From Thermodesulfobacteriota bacterium (GTDB lineage Bacteria > Desulfobacterota_D > UBA1144 > Nemesobacterales > JAJCZQ01): 64,000 nucleotides of DNA. The notes under the pieces are model-generated. The model searched no databases and had not been told where the DNA came from. It saw only the letters and a list, made by a program, of their open reading frames with translations. Each line of letters opens with the position of its first letter. Position 1 is the stretch's first letter. The translations under genes were made by a program, and so were the position numbers. Location of the stretch: NCBI GenBank assembly GCA_965215275.1, contig OZ244044.1:1216001-1280000 (forward strand), in the 5' to 3' direction. Shown one piece after another: positions 10,503-20,892 of the stretch.

Positions 10503-11303
10503 ATGATAAAAGCGGCCGTATCCGGTGCAGGCGGCAAAATGGGCACGAGTATCCTTAACGTCCTGTTCAAAGACCCTGAAATAGAGATAGTGGGAACCAC
10601 GGAGACAGCAGGGCACCATTTGCTCGGAAGTGATCTGGGGGTCATCGTAAATTCCGCCGATACGAATATATCAATTACCGAAGATATGGACTCGGCCTTT
10701 GAGGACGCTGAGGTGGTCATCGATTTTACCACGCCTTCATCGACCCTTCTGACTGCTGAACACTGCAAAGCTGGCAACAGGGCCATAGTGATAGGAACAA
10801 CCGGACTTTCCCGTGCAGAAAAAAACAGGCTGAGGCAGATCGCTGAAACGGTGCCCGTTGTGATTTCGCCCAATATGAGCGTCGGGGTAAACCTGGCCTT
10901 TGAACTTTCAAAGATATTAGCTGCCCGGCTTGGAGAGGAATTTGACGTTGAGATAGTAGAGACACACCACGGAGATAAAGTTGACGCTCCAAGCGGTACC
11001 GCCATTGGTCTGGCAGAAGCCGTCGCGGAAGGTCTTGGCGTCGACCCGGACACGCACATAAGATTTGAGAGAAGAGGAAATATAGGCAGAAGGAAAAAAG
11101 GGGAAATAGGGGTACAGACCTTACGGGGAGGGGACGTTGTGGGTGATCACACGGTGATGTTCCTTGGCAGGGGAGAAAGGCTGGAGATCACGCACAAGGC
11201 ACTCAGCAGAGAGAATTTTTCCAGAGGCGTTTTACGAGCGGTCAAGTGGGTTGCAGGAAAGCCGCCGGGCATATACGGTATGAAGGACGTCCTGGGGATC
11301 TAG
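10503..11303 (+). CDS. dapB: 4-hydroxy-tetrahydrodipicolinate reductase
   Basis: GAGGKMG, IGTTG, ETHHGDKVDAPSGTA. Confidence 0.97.
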   Translation: MIKAAVSGAGGKMGTSILNVLFKDPEIEIVGTTETAGHHLLGSDLGVIVNSADTNISITEDMDSAFEDAEVVIDFTTPSSTLLTAEHCKAGNRAIVIGTTGLSRAEKNRLRQIAETVPVVISPNMSVGVNLAFELSKILAARLGEEFDVEIVETHHGDKVDAPSGTAIGLAEAVAEGLGVDPDTHIRFERRGNIGRRKKGEIGVQTLRGGDVVGDHTVMFLGRGERLEITHKALSRENFSRGVLRAVKWVAGKPPGIYGMKDVLGI

Positions 11304-11354
11304 GACCGGGATAAGCAGTTCCCGGCATATCTCATACTCGCCTATCCAGTTTTA

Positions 11355-12467
11355 ATGTACAGCTTTTCGCTAGAACATAAAGATCAGGGAAGTAAAGCCC
11401 GGAGAGGACTTATTACAACACGTCACGGGCACGTAAGAACTCCCGCCTTCATGCCCGTTGGCACGCAGGCGGCGGTCAAATCCCTGACGTCATCCGACCT
11501 CTGTGCACTTGACGTGCAGATGATAATAGTGAACGCCTACCACCTCTACTTAAGGCCGGGGCACGACCTTATAAAAAAAATGGGAGGCGTACACAGATTT
11601 ATGAACTGGCAAGGACCCGTTACTGCTGACAGTGGCGGATTTCAAGCACTCAGCCTGTCTAAAAAGAGAAAAATCCTGGAGGACGGAATATCGTTTCAGT
11701 CACACCTGGACGGCAGTACGCACCTGTTAACCCCTTCAAGATCAATAGAGATACAGGAATATCTTCAGGCAGACATAATGATGTGCCTTGATGAATGTCC
11801 ATCCTCAGATTCCACAAAAGGCGACTTAAAAAAAGCCGTTGAGAACACGACCAGGTGGGCGCGTAAGTGTAAAGAGGCAAAAAAAGACCATGGCAGCGCC
11901 CTCTTTGGTATCGTACAAGGGGGAACGAGTATGGACATGAGAAAAAGATCTGCATGCGAACTTATGGAGATCGGCTTTGACGGATATTCGATCGGTGGGC
12001 TTGGGATCGGAGAAAGACCCGAGGAAACTTATGAAACAACGTCGCTCTGCACAAGTTTACTACCTGAAGAAAAAATCAGGTATCTTATGGGCATTGGAAA
12101 ACCGGTCGATATAGTTGAGGCCGTAACAAGGGGAATTGACCTGTTCGACTGCGTTATTCCAACAAGGAACGCCCGAAACGGTTCAATCTTTACAAATAAA
12201 GGAAAAATAGTTATAAAAAATGCTCAATACTCGGATGATAACGGTCCACTTGATAATGAATGTGAGTGCTATACGTGCCTGAACTTTACAAAATCTTATC
12301 TAAGACACTTATTCATGGCTGGAGAACTTTTGGCTTACAGACTGCTTACTCTGCATAATCTAAGCTATTATACCTCTCTCATGAAAAGAATAAGGAGTTC
12401 GATATCCAGTAACGGCCTTGGTAAGTTGAGGAAAGAATTACTGACCATTGAGGAGGACAACCTTTGA
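11355..12467 (+). CDS. tgt: tRNA-guanine transglycosylase
   Basis: TPAFMPVGT, DSGGFQ, DLFDCVIPTRNARNG, CECYTC. Confidence 0.97.
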   Translation: MYSFSLEHKDQGSKARRGLITTRHGHVRTPAFMPVGTQAAVKSLTSSDLCALDVQMIIVNAYHLYLRPGHDLIKKMGGVHRFMNWQGPVTADSGGFQALSLSKKRKILEDGISFQSHLDGSTHLLTPSRSIEIQEYLQADIMMCLDECPSSDSTKGDLKKAVENTTRWARKCKEAKKDHGSALFGIVQGGTSMDMRKRSACELMEIGFDGYSIGGLGIGERPEETYETTSLCTSLLPEEKIRYLMGIGKPVDIVEAVTRGIDLFDCVIPTRNARNGSIFTNKGKIVIKNAQYSDDNGPLDNECECYTCLNFTKSYLRHLFMAGELLAYRLLTLHNLSYYTSLMKRIRSSISSNGLGKLRKELLTIEEDNL

Positions 12468-12823
12468 AACTTAATAAACTGATCATACTGTTTTTACCGC
12501 TTCTTACGTCGTGTATGCCCCCGGGAACGGAAGGTGGAGGTTCCTCTTCTTCGGGTCTGATAGGGATAGCACCCTTTGTAATTATATTTCTGCTGTTCTA
12601 CCTTTTGATCCTGAGACCCCAGCAAAAACAGAACAAGCAGAGAGACCTGCTGCTGAAGAACCTCAAAAGAGGCGATAAGATCATAACAAGTGGCGGTCTT
12701 CATGGAAGAATAACTGCCGCAGATGACGAAGTATTGACCATCGAGATAGCCAAAGGAGTGAACGTACAGGTGTCACGGTCCAGCGTTACGGCCAAGATAA
12801 ACCCGGAAACAAAGAATAAATGA
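12464..12823 (+). CDS. yajC: Preprotein translocase subunit YajC
   Basis: FYLLILRPQQK, GDKIITSGGLHG. Lies between tgt and secD. Confidence 0.93.
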   Translation: MKLNKLIILFLPLLTSCMPPGTEGGGSSSSGLIGIAPFVIIFLLFYLLILRPQQKQNKQRDLLLKNLKRGDKIITSGGLHGRITAADDEVLTIEIAKGVNVQVSRSSVTAKINPETKNK

Positions 12824-14421
12824 GAAAATTACCCAAGGTATGGATCATTACCATAATCAGCATCTCCATTTTATCAACGATCTTTCTCGTTCCGACGTTC
12901 GCAGGTGATTCCCTGCCATCCTGGTGGTCAAAGGTATTTCCAAGCAGAGGAATAAGACTAGGACTTGATCTGAAAGGCGGGATATTCATGCTCCTGGACG
13001 TAAAGACCGAAAAATCCATTGAGCAGGAACTCAGCTCCATAAACGAGATAATCAGGGAATCCATAACCAAGAACAACGGACTTATTAAATCCTCCGATAT
13101 AAGCCGAAACTCCCTGACTATGAGTTTCTATTCTTCGGAAGACGCCTCAAGGGCAGATCAGATCGCAAGGGATAATTTTTCAGACGTGACCTCGATCAGT
13201 CAAAAGGACCTTATCCTCACGATAACCCTGAACTCAAGCTACATGAAGGAACTGAAGAAAAATTCCCTGTCCCAGGTGAAGCAGGTCATAGAGAACAGAG
13301 TGCTTGATTTCGGACTGGTGGAACCTTCCATTCAGACAACGGGTGAAAACAGGATATTAATTCAGGTGCCAGGAGCCTCTCATCAGGACAGGCAAAGGAT
13401 CGTCGACCTTATAAAAAAAACGGCCGTACTGGAATTCAAACTCGTAAACACGGCGTCGATCAGCAAGGAAGCGGTCCTGCAATCGGAAGAGGTGGAAACC
13501 GTTGAGCAGCTAAGGGCCAAGAACCTCGAGATACACAGAGGTGAGACCGGGAATCAGAACGAGGCGTTCTTTCTGACCGACCAACAGACCATTGTCTCGG
13601 GTAAGTATATATCCGATGCAAGGATAACTTTCGATAATTTTGGAAGACCGGCAGTGCTTTTCAGGTTCAGGGGAGAAGGCGCCAAGATGTTCGGAGAGCT
13701 GACCGGGAACAATATAGATAAGAGACTTGCGATCGTTCTGGACGACGTTATTAAATCCGCCCCGGTCATTAACGACAGGATAACTTACGAGGGAACTATA
13801 ACCGGGTCATTTACGACCGAGGAAGCAAAGGACCTTGCACTGGTACTGAGATCGGGTTCTCTCCCGGTGCCCGTAACGGTGGAGCAGGAAAGGACCGTGG
13901 GTCCCTCACTGGGACAGGATTCCATAGAAAAAGGAAGGCTCTCCATGATCGTGGGAGGTATTCTCGTAATTGCCTTTATGATCTTCTTTTACAGACTGCA
14001 GGGTTGTATAGCGGACATCGCCCTTTTGCTCAATATGCTGTTCATAATGGGGTTCTTATCTGCTTTCGGGATAACGCTGACGCTGCCGGGTATTGCCGGG
14101 CTCGTGCTGACGCTGGGTATGGCGGTCGATGGTAATATAATCATATTCGAGAGGATAAAGGAAGAGATCAGAATTGGAAAAGCTCCCATTGCGGCAATAG
14201 AGGCCGGTTATGCAAGGTCCCTCTGGACGATCCTTGATGCAAATATAACGACCCTGCTGACGGCACTTATACTTTTCTGGTTCGGGACCGGACCGGTCAA
14301 GGGTTTTGCAGCAACTTTATCTATAGGGATCATTTCAACGGTCTTCAACAACATTATCGTGGCGAGGATGATCACGAACTATTTTTACAGAGATAAGGAA
14401 CTGACCACCATGAGCGTATAG
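12820..14421 (+). CDS. secD: Protein translocase subunit SecD
   Basis: LGLDLKGG, VGPSLG, LTLPGIAG, GMAVDGNIIIFERIKEE. Confidence 0.97.
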   Translation: MRKLPKVWIITIISISILSTIFLVPTFAGDSLPSWWSKVFPSRGIRLGLDLKGGIFMLLDVKTEKSIEQELSSINEIIRESITKNNGLIKSSDISRNSLTMSFYSSEDASRADQIARDNFSDVTSISQKDLILTITLNSSYMKELKKNSLSQVKQVIENRVLDFGLVEPSIQTTGENRILIQVPGASHQDRQRIVDLIKKTAVLEFKLVNTASISKEAVLQSEEVETVEQLRAKNLEIHRGETGNQNEAFFLTDQQTIVSGKYISDARITFDNFGRPAVLFRFRGEGAKMFGELTGNNIDKRLAIVLDDVIKSAPVINDRITYEGTITGSFTTEEAKDLALVLRSGSLPVPVTVEQERTVGPSLGQDSIEKGRLSMIVGGILVIAFMIFFYRLQGCIADIALLLNMLFIMGFLSAFGITLTLPGIAGLVLTLGMAVDGNIIIFERIKEEIRIGKAPIAAIEAGYARSLWTILDANITTLLTALILFWFGTGPVKGFAATLSIGIISTVFNNIIVARMITNYFYRDKELTTMSV

Positions 14422-14445
14422 GGTGATCAGGAGGATAATTAAACG

Positions 14446-15372
14446 TTGCAGATATTACAACCAGGCAGAATATATGACTTTGTTGAGAAAATGCCCACTG
14501 CTACCAGGGTCTCGGCCTTATTGCTGGTCATTTCACTCGGTTCGCTGATCTACCATGGCGGGCCAAACTGGGGCGTGGAGTTTACCGGAGGCACGGAAGT
14601 TCAAATCAAATTCCCAGAGGGTCCTCAAACAAGCGATATACGGAAAAGCATGCAGATGATCGGCTTTGAAACCGAGACGGTTCAACGGTTCGGACTTGCC
14701 TCCGAAAAAGAGTATCTGATATCCCTATCCCCGAAAGTCGTGAGTTTTGATCAGATACAGTCTTTTAAGGACTCGCTGAGCGAGGTTATCAAAACCACAC
14801 CTGAATTTAAAGGAGCACAGATACAGAGAATAGACTACATAGGTCCGAAGATCGGTAAAGAACTGGTGCAAAAAGCCATATTTTCAATACTGTTCGCGTG
14901 CGTCGGCATTCTGATCTATCTAATTTTCAGATTTGAGACGGGCTTTGCAGTAGGAGCGGTTATCGCGCTTTTTCATGACACGATCATAACGCTTGGGGCA
15001 ATCTCTTTAACGAACAAAGAATTTACTCTGGCGATCGTTGCCGCTTTACTCACCGTGATCGGTTATTCGGTCAATGATACCATCGTCATTTTTGACAGAA
15101 TAAGGGAAAACATAGCCAAGTCACTGTCAAAGAACTTCGGCGACCTGGTAAACGAGGGAATTACCCAGACCCTTTCCAGAACGATACTGACAGGTGTAAC
15201 GGTCTTTATAGTGCTTATACCACTTTTCTTCTTAGGTGGTTCAGTTATACATGACTTTGCATTTACCCTGATAGTGGGAGTTATAGTGGGTACTTATTCC
15301 TCAATATTCGTTGCAAGTTCATTCGTTATATACTGGAGAAAAAGAAAATCATCGCAAGGTCAAAAGCCATAG
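14446..15372 (+). CDS. secF: Protein translocase subunit SecF
   Basis: GVEFTGG, GYSVNDTIVIFDRIRE, GTYSSIF. Confidence 0.97.
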   Translation: MQILQPGRIYDFVEKMPTATRVSALLLVISLGSLIYHGGPNWGVEFTGGTEVQIKFPEGPQTSDIRKSMQMIGFETETVQRFGLASEKEYLISLSPKVVSFDQIQSFKDSLSEVIKTTPEFKGAQIQRIDYIGPKIGKELVQKAIFSILFACVGILIYLIFRFETGFAVGAVIALFHDTIITLGAISLTNKEFTLAIVAALLTVIGYSVNDTIVIFDRIRENIAKSLSKNFGDLVNEGITQTLSRTILTGVTVFIVLIPLFFLGGSVIHDFAFTLIVGVIVGTYSSIFVASSFVIYWRKRKSSQGQKP

Positions 15373-15387
15373 CTTCCTGGACCTGAC

Positions 15388-15891
15388 ATGGAAACTCTTG
15401 CTTTGGCGCTCTTTCTGTTTTTCTCTGCCGCAGCTGTTCTCAGCCACTTTCTGGGCTTTCCGGGCAACTGGGCAATACTCGTCTTTTCATTACTGCTCGC
15501 ATGGTCAGGAGAGTTTAGCAAAGTACAGGTCCCTTCTTTGACTGTTTTGTTATCACTTGCCCTTTTGGGTGAGATCATAGAGTTTATTGTGGGAATGGTC
15601 GTCGCTAAAAAAAGCAAAGCAAGCAACTCTGCGATCGCGAGTTCGTTCATATTCGGAATGATCGGAGCGATACTGGGAGTACCGTTCCTTTTTGGAGCAG
15701 GTTCGGTCATAGGGGCATTTATCGGTGCTTTTACAGGAGCGTTCATAGCTGAACTCTTCATGGTCAGGGACCTTCGTCGGTCCATCCGTGCCGCCTGGGG
15801 AACTTTACTTGGCAAGGTGGGAGGCCTGTTTACAAAAACGATCATCGGAACCGTTATGATAGTTGTGGTAGTCACTGATTATTTCAATTGA
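15388..15891 (+). CDS. DUF456 family membrane protein
   Basis: Hydrophobic, with PG.W and Gly-rich GAFIGAF..EL pattern. Confidence 0.75.
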   Translation: METLALALFLFFSAAAVLSHFLGFPGNWAILVFSLLLAWSGEFSKVQVPSLTVLLSLALLGEIIEFIVGMVVAKKSKASNSAIASSFIFGMIGAILGVPFLFGAGSVIGAFIGAFTGAFIAELFMVRDLRRSIRAAWGTLLGKVGGLFTKTIIGTVMIVVVVTDYFN

Positions 15892-16034
15892 TATTTTTCT
15901 GCGGATTTATTAATGTTATGTGCAAGGAACTGCAGAGGACCTTGCGGGTGGTTTCAGACGGTCTGCTGAAAACAGTTGAAAATGGCATCATTGTCATTCA
16001 GATAATATACGTATTTGGTATCTCCTGAACTTTA

Positions 16035-17060
16035 ATGAGTGATCGGAAGTTAAAAAATCTAAATATAGAAACAGTAAAGGAAGATCTGGCCTCTGTCAGC
16101 AATGAGGTATCGCTGCGGGAGTTAAAGTCCAGGTACCTTGGCAAAAAAGGTATTGTCACCGATATGCTCAGATCAATGAGGGATATACCACGAGAACAGA
16201 GAAAGGATCTCGGTGAATCAATAAACAACGTCAAAGATGTAATTGAATCCCTTATAAATGAAAAGCAGAACGAGCTGAAGGAAAAAAAAACAGCCGACGC
16301 ACTTGCCTGTGAACAGATAGACGTCACCTTACCTGGCCGAGGGGTCTGGCTGGGAGCAAAGCATCCAATATCAAAGGTAATGGATGAAATAGTCTACACT
16401 TTTGAGAAAATGGGTTTCAGCGTGGCGGAAGGACCCGAGGTGGAGCTTTATTACTACAATTTTGAAGCACTGAACATACCAAAGGACCACCCTGCAAGGG
16501 AAATGCAGGATACTTTTTATATATCAGACGATATAGTTCTAAGAACTCACACGTCGCCCGTGCAGATAAGGACCATGGAGAAGCAATCTCCACCGGTAAA
16601 GATCATCGTTCCCGGTAAAGTCTACAGATGTGACAGCGACGTTTCACACACGCCCATGTTCCACCAGATCGAGGGACTGCTTGTGGACAAGAACATCAAT
16701 ATGGGCAATTTGAGATCAGTCGTGACGCAGTTCGTCCATCTCACCTTTGGCAAGGATACGAACGTCCGGTTCAGACCGAGCTTTTTTCCATTCACCGAAC
16801 CAAGCGCTGAAGTAGATATAGAATGTGCAATGTGCAGAAGCGACGGCTGCCGCGTGTGTAAGCAGACGGGCTGGCTTGAGATAATGGGCTGCGGAATGGT
16901 CGACCCCGAGGTATTTAAAGGAGTTGGTTACGACCCGGAAGTGTATACGGGATTCGCGTTCGGTATGGGGGTTGAAAGGATCACAATGCTGAAATACGGC
17001 ATTAACGACATAAGGATGTTCTTTGAGAACGACCTGAGATTTTTAAGACAGTTCGTCTGA
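16035..17060 (+). CDS. pheS: Phenylalanyl-tRNA synthetase alpha subunit
   Basis: HPAREMQDTF, LRTHTSPVQ, FPFTEPS, GFAFGMGVER. Confidence 0.98.
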   Translation: MSDRKLKNLNIETVKEDLASVSNEVSLRELKSRYLGKKGIVTDMLRSMRDIPREQRKDLGESINNVKDVIESLINEKQNELKEKKTADALACEQIDVTLPGRGVWLGAKHPISKVMDEIVYTFEKMGFSVAEGPEVELYYYNFEALNIPKDHPAREMQDTFYISDDIVLRTHTSPVQIRTMEKQSPPVKIIVPGKVYRCDSDVSHTPMFHQIEGLLVDKNINMGNLRSVVTQFVHLTFGKDTNVRFRPSFFPFTEPSAEVDIECAMCRSDGCRVCKQTGWLEIMGCGMVDPEVFKGVGYDPEVYTGFAFGMGVERITMLKYGINDIRMFFENDLRFLRQFV

Positions 17061-17076
17061 CGCCCGTCTGCCGTCT

Positions 17077-17547
17077 TCAGTCCCTCGGTTCATAAGCAAG
17101 GTTATCAAGCCAGAAATCTATTACATACTGAATTCTGCTAAGCATCGATGACCTGTAGCTGTCAAGTCTGCTTATATGTACCCACCTGCACTCTATTATC
17201 CCTTCCTCGTATTCCGGGGAAACGTCTGCATCATTTCCTTTATAGTGCATCAGGTACCAGTGCGTCTTCTTAAGATAATTTGATTTCTTGTACCTTGTTG
17301 AATGCCAGGTGGAAACGATCTTACCCTTCACGATCAACTTTTTTGAATCCAGGCCCGTCTCTTCGTTCACTTCCCTTACGGCGGTCTTTACGTGTGACCC
17401 GTTAGAGGATAATCTGCCTTTGGGCAGGTCCCACTTGCCTCTCTTAAAGATCAGAAGAATATGATAGTTATTATTGTAGACCAAGCCACCCGCCGACTCT
17501 ATCATGGGCAAATCAAGGGTTTTAAGAAGGCTCATGTTATTAGACAT
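17077..17547 (-). CDS. NUDIX hydrolase
   Basis: WDLPKG...TAVREVNEETG Nudix box. Confidence 0.88.
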   Translation of the reverse strand: MSNNMSLLKTLDLPMIESAGGLVYNNNYHILLIFKRGKWDLPKGRLSSNGSHVKTAVREVNEETGLDSKKLIVKGKIVSTWHSTRYKKSNYLKKTHWYLMHYKGNDADVSPEYEEGIIECRWVHISRLDSYRSSMLSRIQYVIDFWLDNLAYEPRD

Positions 17548-18433
17548 CTTTTTTCTCTGCTAACTCCTTCAAGGTGGAATATTGAAGCTGGCTTAAATTA
17601 TCAAATACCACCCCGTTGATCTCAGTACTGTGTTTTTTCATCACGTCGACCCCCGTCAGCGGAGTGAATTTCATTCTGCCGTATTTTTTTACCACTCTGA
17701 GCATGCAGTTCAGTCTGGCTTCCATCTTTGAATTTGCGTCCACGATATACCAGGAAGATTTTTTGGAAGAAGTATGAGCGAACATCTGGTTCTTATAATT
17801 CGTATATGTCTCCCACTTTACTCGTGCGTCAAGATCGTTTGGAGAAAACTTCCAGAACCTGAGCGGGTCGGACAGCCTTGCCTGAAAACGCCCAAGCTGA
17901 TGTTCACTGTCGATCGACAGGTAAAACTTAATGAGTTTCATACCTTTGTCAATCAGACCATGTTCCCAGTCAAGGACCTTTGACATAAAGTATTCATATT
18001 GCCTTTTGGTGCAGTACCCCATAGTTGGCTCGATCGTGGCGCGATTGTACCACGAACGGTCAAAGAACACTATCTCCCCGGACCTCGGGAGATGTTTTTC
18101 ATAACGACCGAACCAGTACCTGGACTCTTTTTTAGTTGGAATGCCAAGAGCTACAGCCCTGAAGTGACGAGGCATAAGGTTTTCGGTAAAGCGAAGGATC
18201 GTCGAACCTTTGCCCGCGGCGTCGCGGCCGTCAAAGGTTATACACAGCCTCTCCTCTTTTTTAATTATATCCTGCTGTATATTGAGCAACTCAAGCTGAA
18301 GCCGCCTTTTTTCAATATTGTAGTCCTTCAGACCTATACCCTTGTATGGGTTATCGATCTTCTTAAATTCGGTCTTTGAAGCTTTTTCCTGTCGCATCAC
18401 CATACTGTTAACCCGGTATAGTTTAACTGCCAC
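17540..18433 (-). CDS. ppk2: Polyphosphate kinase 2
   Basis: GRDAAGKGS, FDRSWYNR, WKFSPND. Start uncertain. Confidence 0.93.
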   Translation of the reverse strand: MAVKLYRVNSMVMRQEKASKTEFKKIDNPYKGIGLKDYNIEKRRLQLELLNIQQDIIKKEERLCITFDGRDAAGKGSTILRFTENLMPRHFRAVALGIPTKKESRYWFGRYEKHLPRSGEIVFFDRSWYNRATIEPTMGYCTKRQYEYFMSKVLDWEHGLIDKGMKLIKFYLSIDSEHQLGRFQARLSDPLRFWKFSPNDLDARVKWETYTNYKNQMFAHTSSKKSSWYIVDANSKMEARLNCMLRVVKKYGRMKFTPLTGVDVMKKHSTEINGVVFDNLSQLQYSTLKELAEKKDV

Positions 18434-18576
18434 CTGTGAATTTTATATTAAGAGATAAAGTTTTTTACGATCAGTGGTCATCAAAGCAAAAGCAGCCTTT
18501 TAAAACCGTCAATTCTCCTTATGTTCTGTACCTCATGCTTGTTTAGTCTCCAAATTCATTTATTCTTACGGTTCTT

Positions 18577-19521
18577 ATGAAACGGGTTCTTGGAATAGAC
18601 GTCGGGGGAACGAACATAAGGGGGGCCATGGTAAGTGAAGATGGGGAAATATCTTCAAAAAGGCAGATAAAATCCGGTGCAAAAGAAGGAATTGAAAAAT
18701 TATCAGAGAACCTGATCAGTTTTATTAAGCCGTTCTGTAAGTTCGATCCATCCATAATAGGAATAGGGTTTCCGGGGACCATCAACCATAAAGAAGGCAC
18801 CCTGATACAGTCCCCGAATATACCGGGAGGAGAAAATTTCCCGATCCTGAACGTACTTCAACGTCACTTTGGTCCAACACCTTTAATAATAGAAAACGAC
18901 GTCAGCTGCATAACACTGGGAGAGTTCTGGAAAGGCTCAGGCAGGAACTGCGATTCTATGATCATGCTTGCAATTGGCACCGGACTGGGTGGCGGGATCA
19001 TACTAAAACGAAAACTCTGGCGTGGTGAAGACGGAACGGCAGGAGAAATAGGTCATATGGTCATCAACCCCGCTGGACCAAAGTGTAACTGTGGAAGTAA
19101 CGGATGCCTTGAGAGCTTCGTATCCGCTGAAGCCGTTCGTCAAGTCGTCAAAAGCAACCCCGGACTGACCGAAAGAACCTGCAGGACAAATACTGATGAC
19201 ATACCGAGAAAAGTTGTAGAACTTGCCAAAGAAGGGGACAAGGAAGCAATAAACCTGTGGAAACAGTTCGGAAGCCATCTTGGAATAGGGATCAGCAACC
19301 TGATAAATATTCTCAACGTAAAAAATATCGTAATAGGAGGCGGGCTCTCGAACGCATGGGATCTCTTTATAGACAGTGCTGAAAGCGAAATTGAGAAAAG
19401 AGCTCTTAAAACAGCTGATAATAAGCTGAATATCCGCAGGGCAGAACTCGGAAATAACGCGGGTATACTTGGTTCAGCCTTTCTGACGTTCAGATCTTCG
19501 GATCTGCTCAATGATACTTAA
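18577..19521 (+). CDS. ROK family sugar kinase (glucokinase-like)
   Basis: GIDVGGT, END, GTGLGGG, GEIGH, CNCGSNGCLE. Confidence 0.92.
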   Translation: MKRVLGIDVGGTNIRGAMVSEDGEISSKRQIKSGAKEGIEKLSENLISFIKPFCKFDPSIIGIGFPGTINHKEGTLIQSPNIPGGENFPILNVLQRHFGPTPLIIENDVSCITLGEFWKGSGRNCDSMIMLAIGTGLGGGIILKRKLWRGEDGTAGEIGHMVINPAGPKCNCGSNGCLESFVSAEAVRQVVKSNPGLTERTCRTNTDDIPRKVVELAKEGDKEAINLWKQFGSHLGIGISNLINILNVKNIVIGGGLSNAWDLFIDSAESEIEKRALKTADNKLNIRRAELGNNAGILGSAFLTFRSSDLLNDT

Positions 19522-20892
19522 CTCGGGCTTCTGGATCTGAATTCTTAAAAACTCCGATTCCGTCCTTTTCGCTTTAAACCTGTCATCGATCCTGATCCCG
19601 CCAACCCAGATCACCCCATCTCTCGTTTCAAAAACCGGTACGCTCCTTCTGAAAAACCTCGGGACCTTCTCGTCAATGAACAGATCTTTGATTTTCTTGA
19701 ATTTTCTCATACCAAGAGGCCTGAACTTATCGCCAAGTTCGTAATTCCTCACTACCAGAGGAAACCGGGTACTATCGATCGAAAAAATCCCTTTCATTTC
19801 ATCTTCCCATCCTGATCTGTCTGACGTTGTGTCCACGCTGACCTCAAGTCCGTTATCAAAACGGTAAGACCCCGGTCCATTGATCGTATAACTATAAGTT
19901 TCTGCAAGTCCTGACCCTCTTGATATGCAAAAAACCTCATATCCCTTGCTAAAATCAATGCCGTCTGGAAGAACTGTCTCCCCCGACGGTTTCTCTCTTT
20001 CTATCATATCGTCCACTGCAAGGAGATGGACCTGTGAGATCTGCTTGAGGTCCCCCTTTAACAGTTCAACTGTTTTTCGTAAGATACCCAGCCTTATGGC
20101 CTTATGATGCAATAAGTACTCTTTTACTTTTCCAAGGTAACCAAAAGGTTCTTTTTCCATAACCGTCCCGTACACCTTATCAACGTGGTTATCTATAAAT
20201 CCTGATTCGATCCTCAGTACTTCAGACGACCCGGACAATACTTTGTCTATACCGGGGTTTATTTCCTTCAGTATCGGAAAAAGTTCAAGTCTTATCCTGT
20301 TCCTTGTAAACCTGACGGACCTGTTGGAGGAGTCTTCCTGCCAGTCAACACGATTAGATCTCAGATAATCCTCTATTTCCCGTTTCTGCACTTTAATTAA
20401 AGGCCTGATTATATTACCGTTCACGGGTGGTATACCGCCCAGACCACGAGAACCGCTGCCCCTGATAGCTCTCATAATAAAGGTTTCTGCCTGATCGTTC
20501 ATTGTGTGGGCGGTCGCGATCCTGTGAGCTTTGTATTTTTCAAGAACGTTTTTTAAAAACCCATACCTTAACTTCCTTGCCGCATCTTCAAGAGAAAGGT
20601 TCCTTTTGTCCTTTCTATAATCGTCCTCCCCTGCTTCACTATACTCGAACTCGACCTTGAGGTCTTCTGAAAGATGCCTGCAGAACCGTGCGTCCCTTTC
20701 TGACTCGTCACCCCTTATCTTATGGTTGTAATGTGCCGCTATAACTTTCAGGTCAAATCCCTTCAGGTCCAGGAGCAGATGAAGCAGCCCGACCGAATCC
20801 GAACCTCCTGACAAAGCAACGACCACCTTATCTCCCGGAGAGAACATATCGTGGGATCGAACGGTCTTTAAGACTTTACTTTTTATATTCAA
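19474..20892 (-). CDS. tilS: tRNA(Ile)-lysidine synthetase
   Basis: ALSGGSDS PP-loop, AHTMNDQAET, RNRIR, and TilS C-terminal domain. Confidence 0.95.
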   Translation of the reverse strand: MNIKSKVLKTVRSHDMFSPGDKVVVALSGGSDSVGLLHLLLDLKGFDLKVIAAHYNHKIRGDESERDARFCRHLSEDLKVEFEYSEAGEDDYRKDKRNLSLEDAARKLRYGFLKNVLEKYKAHRIATAHTMNDQAETFIMRAIRGSGSRGLGGIPPVNGNIIRPLIKVQKREIEDYLRSNRVDWQEDSSNRSVRFTRNRIRLELFPILKEINPGIDKVLSGSSEVLRIESGFIDNHVDKVYGTVMEKEPFGYLGKVKEYLLHHKAIRLGILRKTVELLKGDLKQISQVHLLAVDDMIEREKPSGETVLPDGIDFSKGYEVFCISRGSGLAETYSYTINGPGSYRFDNGLEVSVDTTSDRSGWEDEMKGIFSIDSTRFPLVVRNYELGDKFRPLGMRKFKKIKDLFIDEKVPRFFRRSVPVFETRDGVIWVGGIRIDDRFKAKRTESEFLRIQIQKPELSIIEQIRRSERQKG

